Source of the DNA: Thalia democratica
Taxonomy: Eukaryota
Assembly (NCBI GenBank): GCA_965202585.1
Contig: OZ241829.1
Location: 84,134,001-84,198,000, forward strand
Reading direction: 5' to 3'
Length of the DNA: 64,000 nucleotides
Shown here: positions 39,401 to 50,759 of the stretch, one piece after another
How positions within the stretch are numbered: position 1 is the first letter of the stretch
How the letters are laid out: every line of letters begins with the position of its first letter
Notes under the pieces: generated by a model
Seen by the model: only the letters and a program-made list of their open reading frames with translations
Databases searched by the model: none
Told to the model about the DNA's origin: nothing
Program-made: the position numbers and the translations under genes

Positions 39401-42400
39401 CAGTGAAACGCCGTTAGTCGGAATAAAGTTTTAGCACAAGAACACCTGTGATATACATTCCGATAAGCTTAGCTTATCAGGATCTCCAGGATTTAACGCC
39501 TTATAACGTTACACCGTATAATATATTAATAAGTTTGAATTAAATTTGTAGTTGAAGTGTACGCTTACAAATATGGTTATTATTTTTATACGTTATGAAT
39601 ACCTACATTTTCAAAAATCTAATAATTTAAGGCTCCACAAAGAAAAGTCTAACCTACTTATCAAAAAGATTAATGAAATTGAGCAAAACAACATGACGTT
39701 GTTAGATAAAGTTAGTTGTTAACTATAAAAATCATTAAAAAAATAAAATTTTATGCATATACTTTTATAAATATTTATACGTTACTTAATTTTATTCTTA
39801 AAAAAAATTTTGATATCTTTTTTTTTATACTCATTTTCGCTATTTTAAACTTTTACACTAATCAATATAGCAAAAAGTTTTGCAAAAAGAGATTAAAGAG
39901 ACTAATGAAAAAAGCGAAGCAATGAAGCTCCAAGTAAAACAACTGAACCTCGAAAACCAAGATCTAGCAAAAGAAGTTCAGAGCTGTCAGGAAGATCTCG
40001 AAGAAAAGGAAGATGCTCTTATTGCTGCTAAGAGCGCCACCCTTGAGTTGAGTGGTGAGTAAATGTTATTAATCGTAAATTAAATGTTTCTTAATAATCA
40101 ATAAAAGTATTAGAATACTTATAGACTATTTACTTTTTAATCCCTAATATTTTTTTTTAATTTTAATGTTTAGTAGTTACAAATATTGAAAAGACGAAAA
40201 CTATATTTATAAAGTGTTTTTTAAATTGGTTAAAAATCAATTGAAGCGTAATAAAACAACAAAAGTTGCTAATTTTAAGTTAACCTTTAGTCAAGCAGCT
40301 TTACAAGTCTAAATAGAAACTGCTTTTAAATATTTTTATTGTATATGATGCTTAACTTTATCATTTTGTACTTTTCAGAACAAGTTGGTCAATTAAAAGA
40401 CCAATTGTTGTCAGGAAACGAAGAAATAAAAGTTCTTTCAGACAAAAATGAAGCTGCTTTGAAAAACATTGAACAGATTAAAAATGATTTGACCAGCACT
40501 CAGTCGAAACTAGAGCAAGAAAAAGTAAGTTTGAAAAACTCTAAAAATTACAATTTCAAATACTTTTAAAACATAAAAATGTTTAATTTTTAATTTTTAA
40601 AATATATACTGTTTTTTATAGCTTATAAGGTAGAATAACTTATTTTGAGTGTTGATTTTTAACTTTTTTTTTCAAGTTGTAAATAAACAGCACTTTATTA
40701 AACTATTAAATAAGTTTAGATTAAAAAATTGTTTATTGATATTTTTATGACTTTTTTGTGTATTCAATTTCAGAACAACTCGAAAAATAATGATACTTAA
40801 GTTCAGATGTTTCTCATCCAAATGATTAATTTTAAAATTTTAAATTAAATACCGTTCCTTTTTTTTTAAAGAAGTATATATATTTTTTCTCATTATTAAA
40901 TTTTTTTATTGGTATTATCATTGACTCCATTTATTTACCAAACTTCACGTTTGCTCTATTTGTTTCTAAAACTACGAGCCTAACCTGTTTCCGAAATCAA
41001 ATATAAGTTAAATGATATTTATGCGTTCTATTTTTCTAAGATTAGCAATATTAACAATATTTTTATAAGGTTGTTAGTATAATTCATGCTTTTATGTTTA
41101 AATACAAGGAAATAATTAATTGTTAGCTTTTTTTTGTTTAAGATCTTTTTTTTTTTTTGTTTTTAGAACTTTTTGATATTTAAATGATTACAAAAATGTA
41201 TAAAAGTAATTGTTGCTTTTAAAACGGAAAATTTGATGCTTTATAAACTTTAAATAATAAATAATAAACTCACAAACATGAGACATTTCCTATAGAATAT
41301 AGAATTGTTTTTTAAATTTTTTTTAAATCTATACAAATGCAGATACAAGACGCATATTTTTCTTTTTTACATTTAGGTTGTAAGTTATCTAAATAACTTG
41401 ATCTGTAACTTTTTTTAAGATCGAGAGAAAAAATTTGCAATACAAGCTTGATAAAACTGAAAGTATTTGCAACAAAATGACAACTGAAATTTCGTCTTTT
41501 AAAGAGAAAATTAGCGTTTGCGCTAATGAAAAAGCCGAAATTAAAAAAGAGCTTCAAAAGGTAACTAATAAGGTAAGACATTTGCACATTTTTAAAATGT
41601 TTTCATCTATTTTATATTTTTAAAACTTTGTACACTCAGTTACAAACAATAGTAAAAAATTGTAACAAAGTGCAGTAGTTGACGTTAAAAAAACTTGTAA
41701 CTACTTTAAAAATAACTAATAAACATAATAAACTAACAATTTGCTTATTTTTAAAATAACAGCTGGAGATCCAAAAAGAAGAGCTTGTTACATCTCAGCA
41801 GGAAAATGAGAGGTTTTTTTAGTTATTAAAAAATAATTTTAAAAATTAATAGTTCTTGTTCAAAAGTCCATAGATATGTTTTTACTTAAGTAGCTTTTGT
41901 TTAGCATTGTTTTAAGGTTTGTGTTGAACTCGATAAAAGTCAACTAAGTAACAAGAGTAACGTTTTTGTAGTGTTAAGGCTTAAATCATTATGTACACTT
42001 TTAATAAACTATAAAAATTAATTTTATTAATAAAATATCAGATTGAAGAAAGATGAATATAATTTAAAAAAAGCAAATGACAGCTTAAAAACAGAGCTTA
42101 TTGAAGCTAAACGACAGCTAGTAAGTTGACATGTTTTATATACAAGTGTGAGGCCTAAAAAAAAATTCATATATATATATTGTCTTTTTTAAAAGACTTT
42201 TATCTTAACTTATATAGTATAAACAAACCAAATTAATTTTATAATTATTATAGGAAAAAATTAAAAGAGCTGGATTTTTCCGTGAGTTTTTAAAATATTG
42301 TCGTTTATGTTTTACAATATACAATTTCTTAACTTTACTCATTATTTGGATATTGATAATACTAAAAACTACTTATCATAATGTAACCATTCTATTTACT

Positions 42401-42769
42401 AAATTCTTGTTAACCTACTTTGTAACATCTTTTTGATAAAAGCCTTTCTTGTTTTACTTTAAAATTTTTTATTAGTGTTAGTTTTAATATAACTATTGAA
42501 AATAGATAGTATTTTAGAAAAATGTTGTTTGCAACTTTTTTATAAAACATTTTCTTGTATTACTTCAACAATTTTTGTGAATTGCTTTGTTCTGTATCTT
42601 TTGCATGTAAACATCTATAAATGTTAATGCTACAAGAAAGTCTAGTAGTTTGAAATATTCTTTATGACAAAAAACTATATTTCATTATTATTATATACTT
42701 AGAAGGCGTAGAAACAAAAAAAGCTATAACTTTATTTTTTTTACAGGCCGTCTGTTCAGACGCTACTAA
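36449..42769 (+). CDS. Multi-exon uncharacterised long coiled-coil protein (at least 331 aa, 5' end not located)
   Basis: Exons: 36449-36508, 36588-36643, 37174-37261, 37448-37497, 39632-39710, 39871-40054, 40379-40524, 41420-41572, 41763-41812, 42042-42120, 42254-42281, 42747-42769 (TAA). All introns are GT-AG and all phases join without a stop (996 nt). The product is heptad-like and rich in E/K/Q/L/N (GKTSKNAANKYNLKAQVENE...QKVLQKEIKETNEK...LKTELIEAKRQLEKIKRAGFFRRLFRRY*). Tentative upstream exons: 33412-33446 and 35388-35401 (WICGSPEAYSIVYQAS). Confidence 0.88.
37623..37691 (-). ncRNA. Candidate type I hammerhead ribozyme, variant core (3' arm copy, sense to the ORF)
   Basis: Reverse complement of 39360-39427; same structure as that copy. 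Confidence 0.6.
38050..39012 (-). CDS. GIY-YIG endonuclease-only ORF (320 aa) of the Naiad-type PLE
   Basis: (ISYSC)MSNVKTLIQSHNKTV, then an Asn-rich linker, then CNCRKLNKDNCPLKGNCLIKNVIY...IYIGST..FKDRYANH...STRLSDYVW...CPTCNTE...LLNKR.DL..ICPH. The frame is open; there is no RT domain. Confidence 0.88.
   Translation of the reverse strand: MSNVKTLIQSHNKTVISNFKNRHIKANTNNNSSNKVSNNVDMNNISNYTNQINNNSNNNNNNNNFNNSNNNNNPNSKNFNYGNNNVKHIKTLNIKDISYNDNFNINDNENIDINSTNNSVDYNNQRITRSISKMIKENLEQVSDNSAKSISKMHNNKSINKYSKPTNTNSNKLSNMPKTCNCRKLNKDNCPLKGNCLIKNVIYKVKVESKGPDKIYIGSTAGSFKDRYANHKHTFKNINKKQSTRLSDYVWSFFHRYGKRPNMEWSIVSKIKHTSNGVSRICPTCNTERAVIAAEDKDLLLNKRQDLSNICPHNRRFYFK
39360..39427 (+). ncRNA. Candidate type I hammerhead ribozyme, variant core (inverted arm copy, sense to the host pre-mRNA)
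   Basis: Stem I GACU/AGUC with a UUUAU/AUAAA extension; core CCGUAGA; U; stem II CUGUUCUUAAAU/AUUUGAGAGCAG; U; GAA; stem III ACG-C-CGU (near-palindromic, dimer type); cleavage triplet GUU at 39413-39415. Confidence 0.6.
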
Positions 42770-42783
42770 AAAGAGAAACAAAA

Positions 42784-43068
42784 ACGAAATAAGAAACGCA
42801 CAAAAAAAGTAACGAAATAAGAAACGCACAAAAAAAGTAACGAAATAAGAAACGCAAAAAAAAAGTAACGAAATAAGAAACGCAAAAAAAATGACGAAAT
42901 AAGAAACGCAAAAAAAAAAACGAAATAAGAAACCCATAAAAGGAACGAAATAAGAAATGCACAAAAGGAACGAAATAAGAAACTCATAAAAGGAACGAAA
43001 TAAGAAACCCATAAAAGGAACGAAATAAGAAACTCATGAATAAAACGAAATAATACACGCAATATAAA
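42784..43068 (+). repeat. Tandem array of 11 units (25-28 bp), core ACGAAATAAGAAA, starting 14 bp after the stop codon
   Basis: Units counted directly. Length falls from 28 to 25 bp along the array. AATAAA occurs at ~43039 and 43100. Confidence 0.95.
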
Positions 43069-45011
43069 ACCAAAAAAAAAAAGCAGAAAAGTATAACGCA
43101 ATAAATTACAAAAATAAATACAATTTTTTATTACTTGAAATATGTGAATACTTATCAAAACTATGCTCTTTTTATTAATACTAAATTACATCTAAACAGA
43201 ACTATTAAACTTTTAAAAACTTGAAGCTACTTAGTTATTAGTTATAAAATAAGCAAATTGTACCATGTTAAATAGCAGACTTGACTTGGTTTGATGAAAT
43301 ATACATACAAATTTTAATCAGTGAATTATTTAGCTATTTGTTTGCTAAGATATTATTTTTTGCAAGGCTTCCATTTTATAAATGTTTTTGTTTACCGTTT
43401 TATTATAGTTCATATCCAGTAATGACATCACTACAATGTTCTTAAAAAAGTAAGTTCTAATGCTCACTTCATAGAAAACCTCTAATTTTGATCTTATCTG
43501 ATTGTAAAAAAAGAGAGTAGAAGTTACACAATTTTACAAAAAGTTTTCAGGCATAATTCTAATGTTGTTGAACCTTTTGTACACTCAAGTCTAGATATAA
43601 TTACAATAAGGACATTATATTTTAATTTTTTGTATCAAAAGTTAATTTTCAGTGGTAATATACAAGCAGTTTAATAGTTTTACCGAATTAATTTGAGTTG
43701 GAACAAAGTAACTTTAAACTTTTGAAAGCAGTACTTTTCAGTTTACTTATTTTTTTACTTTTATACTTCACATTTATACCCTATTTCGTTATTTATGTAT
43801 ATAATGTTTCTGTCCAAGTTTACCAATTGAAGAGCTTAGAAATTCAGACTAATCTTTAAACATGGATCTGCTATAGAAATGTATTTATACAAGATAAGAC
43901 AACAGCTTTTTATCAACACAATTAATTTATTCTGTTCAGTTGTTGCTATTGATAAATTAACATATATTTTACCTTCATTTGGTTGTTAAATATATTTTAA
44001 CTAATAAATAGAAACGTACAAAATTCTATGGCCAATGAAATACATGGTTAATTAATTTTGACCTGCCAACTTCGATTTAAAGTTTGTTTCGAGTTTTTTA
44101 AACGTTTTCTAGACATTGGTGTTTAACATATAAATGTTCATGACCTTAAAAATAGCTTTTATGAAAATGCTGATACATTTGATCTGAGAACTTCATTATA
44201 ATTTAACATTGAGTCTATTTTGGATAATCAAAGCATATAAATAAATTTGGCAGAGTTAATTAAAGCATTTATTTTAATGTTGTAGTGTGTACATACTTTC
44301 AGATAACAACTAATAAGAAAGTATTATTTTTAAAGATGTGATAAATAAAAAAGAAATAACGACATTAAAAATTTAAATCATTAACTGCAAATAAAAACTG
44401 TATTAAATACTGCATACTATAATGAACATAACATCATATTATTTGAATAGCTCAACTACTACAGCCTAAAGTAACGAAAAAGACAAATCATGTATTGCAA
44501 AATAATAAAAGTACTATTTAGTAAAAAAGCACTTACACAATAGTGAATATTAAGCATAAAAATAATTCTAAAAAAACTGCTAAAAAATTGTAATTAATTA
44601 TAGCGTACTTACGTAAATAAATATTGATAAAAATACAATGCAAAAGCAGGTGTAATGATTAGAACAACTTGAAAGTTATTTTAATTACAGAAGGTACGAA
44701 AAAGCTACATACATAATAATTTAAGATCAGAATGTTTTTATGATTGAACTAAATAATATAATTTTGGTATTCAACTTCAATTATTTCAACCAATGTAAAG
44801 AAGTTCCGCTTGTTTATCTTGACTGTTTGTAAGGCATTAAATAATTATAAAAGTAAAAATACAATTTAACCTATTTTTGCTCGGTTAAAAAAAAGATTAT
44901 CTGATTAAAAGTTTGCTTTTACTGTTAATAAATAAAGCAAGAACTACATATAAAAACTTTCTCTAAGCTTGTGTTCGAGCTTTATAAAATTATTTTATTT
45001 CTAATAAACAG

Positions 45012-45120
45012 AAACGAGATATTGGACGACATGCACAGACTAGTAAGCATCGCACCACAAACAAGGGAGAAAACACTTCAGAAAAATTTGTGGCAAGCTG
45101 TAAGCGACCACGTAATAAAC
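45012..45120 (+). pseudogene. OPA1: Orphan exon fragment of OPA1 (mitochondrial dynamin-like GTPase)
   Basis: After the acceptor taaacag it reads NEILDDMHRLVSIAPQTREKTLQKNLWQAVSDHVIN, versus human OPA1 [36 protein letters not shown]. Homology then stops, and no other OPA1 exon is seen. Confidence 0.75.
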
Positions 45121-47147
45121 CATGAGCAGTTAAGGAGCCACAGAGGGGCCATGAGATTATAATTTGAAACTTACACTAAATATTCTTGAGTTGAAAATGA
45201 AGAGCTAAAAAAAGGTCTTAAGTGTATTTTATCGTAGTTAATGAGTAATCTTGTTGAAGGGGGCTATGGCTTTTTTAATTTCTTTAAAGGGGCCATTTGC
45301 AAAAAAAGTTTGGGAATCCCTGCTCTAAATATTTTTATAATACTTTAATTAATTTACAGTCATAAACATTTCGCCAAGTATAGATATCTGACAAAAGCGT
45401 GTTATTAATTTAAGAGTTATCAAAATTAATCTTTTTTAAAACGTGCTTTAAAAAATTCTGAGTAAACCATATTATTAAATAAATAGTTAATTTGCTAAAA
45501 TTTTGATTTTTAGTTTGTTTTAGATAAACTTTTTAGATTTTTGTTGGCCTTCAAAGATCTGGCCCATATCTAATAAAATTATAATTTCCTTTATTAAAAA
45601 ACTATTAAATGTATACGTTAAAGTTTATACTAAAACTGTTTTCTATTTAAAGTTTTATATTGATTAAAAGAATATATTTATATACATAATATTTTTGTAA
45701 AGTCCAATCAATTGTTTCTAAAACTAGAACAATAAAAAAACGAAAGAAATTAAGAATACTTAAGGTAATTTTTTAATAAATTAAAATTATTGTGTAGTGA
45801 AATTTTATGAACGTATTGAATTATTTTACTTTTAATCTTGTAAAACCCTTAAAAGTCATCATATTATGTGAACTTATTTATTTAGTTCTGATATTTTCAT
45901 TGTTAAACAGTTGTTTTTTTTCTAGCCATTTTTGACTAAGCTGTTTAAATTATACGCAAAGTAATTTTATGTCTTTTACTAAATTACTAGAACCATATTT
46001 ATGCAAACAAGTTACAATTTTAGTTTCCAAAATACAGTAGTAATAAAGACAACAAAACTAAAGACGACAATAATGATAACTCTGATTTAGAATACAGTAA
46101 AATACGTATTTTCAATATCTCACAATTTCCTAGTTATAAATGTGTAATTGATTACACAAAAGTAAGTATAATAAATAATCACCAAATCCCAAGTTAAATT
46201 AAATTTTAAAACTAAAACTAAATAAAAATGCTTTTGGTAACAAAAAAAAAATTCAAAAAACTACTGAAAACAAACTATAAGCTTTTAAAACTTAACAAAA
46301 TATATTGAAAATCTTGAACTAGAAGTGTTTAAAAGTATTATTTGCTTCTATGGTAAATGCTGACTTTACTGAGTAACGTTATTAAGAACGTTTTGTTAAA
46401 TAACAATACGAGAGAAAAATATGCTGTAAAGCAAAATTAAAGTTTGATAATTAAATTTATTTCATAGTAAGGAATAGACATCATTATATAGATTACAAGA
46501 ATACACGCACGTACAAAAACTAAACAATTTTGATGGTAAGCACACTTTTTATTCCTAGTAAACAAACACATTTGTTATATGAAATAAAATTTGCATATAT
46601 ATAATTGCGATGCAAAAATACTTCCGTAAATAGCATAAAGTTAAACTTTCGTATTTTAAGTTTACTTTGTGCATTAATACAAAAAAAAATTAAACAGATC
46701 TTAGCAAACATACGTATTTTTTTTTTAAATACCAACTTTTTTTACTTAATAATCTATTAACTTATTAGTATCAAAAATACATTATTAGAGTTACAATAGA
46801 AAATTATAATACGACAATATACACAATTTAAGACTATAATTGTATATATTAATCTTTTAAGTACAAGTCTTTTTCGTTTAAGCTACATAGCATTTCCCTA
46901 CAGCATATAACTGATATTACGTACTTTTTAATAAGTGTATATATGGAGTATTATTTTACTATAAAAGTGTAAAACTGTGCAAAGTATAATGATAATAATA
47001 AAAAACATAAAATTAAAATGAGAAACATTTAAGCTTCACGACTTTATTTAAGATGTTTTAATCAGAAACTACGTTTTAGGTCAATAAAACCTAATTAAAC
47101 ATATTTTAACCATATCTTTAAAAGTACTTAAAACACCAAAAAAAAAA

Positions 47148-47328
47148 TTATTTGTAGATATTAATAAGACCTAAATACGTGTTTTTAAGATGCACGACTA
47201 TTCGAATTCGGAAAATACAAAAGACAACTCAAATTAAAAGAATTGTTTAAAGGGTCACAACTAAAGAACTAAAGAAAATTAAAGCAACACATGTATTAAT
47301 TTAATTAGATCTTATTAATATCTACAAG
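47148..47328. repeat. Small inverted-repeat element (~30-bp arms)
   Basis: ttgtagatattaataagacct / agatcttattaatatctacaa. Confidence 0.55.
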
Positions 47329-50300
47329 CAGCTGTTTTTTATTTCTATGCGAAACTCGAAATCTATTTTTAGATATATGTTAAACTAAAATTTCAAAACA
47401 CGGTAATTTTTAGTACTTTTTAAATATCTCATAAAACATAAAAAAAAATTTGAAAATAAATAAAAACGGATTGTAAATATTATCTGGACTTACAAACCTA
47501 TAATTATTTTATCCAAACATTTATTACTTTTTGAGATATGTTTAAGAATCTGAACAGTGTTATATATATATATATATAGTGATGTTAGAATATATATACA
47601 TTTTTTTTTCATATTTTGAGGTGTGACTTTTTAATATTTTTAAAGAACTATATGATACTACTAAAAATTTATTGTAAAAAGTTTTTAACTTTTACTATCT
47701 TGTGAGATTTAAGTTTGATGAAAAATACTATGACATATTTTGTTTTAATAAAAATCATTTAAATTTATTTTTTGATTACTCCTTTTCAGGGGCGTGTTTT
47801 GACTAGTTTCCTGTGAACCCCCTGAAAAAATAATTCTTAGAATATCACTAAAACGTTGTTTATTGACTTTGTTTTGGTTATATGATAAGTTTTGAATAAT
47901 GAATGTTGAATTTATAACACTGAAAGCTAAAAAAGTTGCAGTAACAAAAAATGCTCGTTTTTGCCCAGCTGAAATAGATTTTAAACAATTTTTAAATTGT
48001 TACGTCATAATAGGTAAAAGTTTTAAAGTAGCTTTTTTTTCTAGGAATCTTTTTACTAAGATGCTCTTAGTTCCCGTTATAAATTGTTATAGTGTAAATA
48101 ACTTTTGATTAAGTATGGTTTTTGAACTAGTAAGTACAATTTTACTTAAAAAATGTCCAATATAATCACTTAAGTTATATTTCGCGTACTTTATACTTTA
48201 ACGGTGGCAATTAAAGTTCTGAACTGAAATAAAATAAAAGGAGATTGATCAATAGTAAATTTTAAATTTTACTAAACAAAACAATGTTTTACTCGTTTGA
48301 AAACGAGATCTTCAGTTGTTTAAAATCTTATTCAAATATAAATAACTTTATTGTCCCTGGTGAAGGTTGCATGTGCGATCCCTAAATAGTTTATTATGTT
48401 TTGTATTTTTAACTCGTTTTATTGTAAGTGTTCGTAGTATTTAGATAATAAATTAGAAAAATTAAACCAAGGTTTCCTAACCTAGGATGTTCTTTGTGCA
48501 CCAGGTCCTAGGGCCAAGTATTTTAAGCGTCTTTTCGTTTAACAATTTATACATATATATATTATATCACTAAATGAAATTTTAAATTTTGCGTTAAAAC
48601 AAAATTAACAGAAACAAACGTAATGTAATAATTTTAATCAAAACTGTTTAAATAACAAAAAATCTTAGACAGAGCATAAAATTTTCTGAAAACAATTAAT
48701 AACAAAAACCTATTCAACTCTTCCATTTTATTTAACAAAGTTTTTGATTTTTATTATTTTTTACCAGTATTTTCTAACCCAGCATATTTAAAATATAAGT
48801 ATAAACTAGCTTATAGGTTTATCGAGTCACACACCATAGATACCTCTTAAAGTCTTGTCAAGGGCAAATCACTAAGTTTATTTAAGTTAGTTTAAGACTT
48901 ATAACTATTCTTATAATTGTATTTAATATATCATATTCGACAATAAAAATAAATAATGTTTAAGATTTCTTCCATTTCAAGTATAAAAAACTTATTATTA
49001 CTAAAGTCTAAGAACATAAAACAGTTATAAAGCTAATTTTTTTTGAATTCTAAGGATGCTTAAAAGTACTGATAAACTAATTTTTGTAGCTTTAACTTGT
49101 TCAGATAATTAGTTCAGGTAACAAAACCTATAAAGTGTAATAAAAAACTATAGTTTTATTTACACTTAAATTAAAACTTTAACAAAGTTTTTTTTTTGAA
49201 ATACATCACAGTAAACTCAACATCGTGAAAAATAAACTTTAATAGATTGGTTGTAGAGAAATAAACAATTACCCTTAAACTTAAAAAAAAAGATAGCTTA
49301 AAATTACACCAAATGGAGTTTTCATAAAATATTGTTTATTGAACGTTAAAAAAAAAACGCTCAGAAAGTTTAGTCTAACTACCTGGTGTAAAACAAACAT
49401 TCCGGTTATCAAGTATTAACAAGAAAATCACGTATTTTCTAAACGGGTCAGCTGCAGAAGTAAAAATTTTTTTCATTCATAATTCTATGCATGCTATTAG
49501 GTATTTATACAGCAGTATATAACCTTAAACTCCTATCCAAAATGTATTTTACACTCAAATATAAATCAAAACTGTTCTTTTAACCCACCTTGTCAAAGTA
49601 TGTAACAAAAATTAAATATTTCTTTACAAAAAATAAGATAAAAAGAAGTAAAATTATAGTCAATCAGAAGATCTTGCAGCTAACAGGTTTATTTTGTTAT
49701 ACAAACAACCTTACTGCTAAAACAGTTAAAGTAGCTAAACCGACACGACCCAAAAAATTTTAAAAACATTTGATATTTTTTTCTTATTGCGTGTTTTGAA
49801 TAGTTTATCATTTATTTTTATAGAAGAAATAGAGAAAAAAAGTTAGATAAACTTAAGAGACAAGACAAATTTGTTTATTAAAGCATAGATCAATTGTTAA
49901 TATTAACCATCCTTTATCGTTGCAAGTATTTATTTAAAATTGTTTTTAAGTAAACATTTTTGTTTGTTTGTTTTTTATAACAACCATTTTAGCTTTTTTC
50001 TGTAAATGATTCTTTATTACTTTATTAAATTTACAAACATAACCTGCCAAGCACAAGTTTCTAACCAAGACGTTAATTTTACAATTGGTATTTTTTTATG
50101 TGCTTTTTATTAGACTTTCAGTAAACTTAACTACTTATTAAATGATTTTTCATATATATTTTGATTTCTTTATTTTCAGACAAACTTTTCAGATTTTTGT
50201 TTGGCCTCAAAAAACTGGCCCATAACTAATAAAATATTTAATAATGATAATAAAATATAAATTTATTATTAAAAAATAATTGAGGTTTGAATATTTATAA

Positions 50301-50759
50301 ACATGGTATCTGTTAAGTAGTGTTTTCTAACGATATATACATGTCGATGAGACCCAGTTTATAAAAATGCTTTTAAATTCGACAGATTTAAACGTTAAGT
50401 TTTATATTAAATTATTTGAGTTTTATTTTGTGTTCTGTTGTTAATTTAAAAAAAAAATTTAGATTTACAACAATACACCTTGAAAAAAATTAAAAATAAC
50501 GCCACAATGTATTTTGTCATTTTGTATTTTATTAGTTTGTTTGATCATATAACTTAAAATGTGAATATCTATTGTTTAATAGAATCAAGAAAATTTAACA
50601 ATTTGCCTAAAAAACAAGCATTAATTGTTATCAAAAGATTGATAAACATATTTTTCACAGCTTGTTAAAATTTCAATACAAAGAGACTAATTATAATATA
50701 AAAAAAACAAGCAGTAACAAAATTACTAACAAATTATTAACCTAAAATATAAATTGCTT

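Larger units (their letters stand above)
37601..39515 (-). mobile_element. 5'-truncated Naiad-type Penelope-like element with inverted pLTR arms, in intron 4 of the coiled-coil gene
   Basis: Arms 37601-38012 and 39035-39449 are near-perfect reverse complements (main difference: poly-A of 10 vs 13). A 66-bp extension follows at 39450-39515. The TSD gtataatatatt flanks it at 37589-37600 and 39516-39527. Confidence 0.9.

Noticed and set aside
42662-43158. CRISPR-like appearance of the repeat array, and Phe-rich minus-strand ORFs over it
   Set aside because: The variable parts are only 10-15 nt, A-rich and related to each other rather than unique spacers; there are no cas genes and the context is eukaryotic. 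The ORFs are by-products of the A-rich array.
47787-47825. Tiny CAGGGG...CCCCTG unit
   Set aside because: The inverted match is only 6 bp and there is no TSD.
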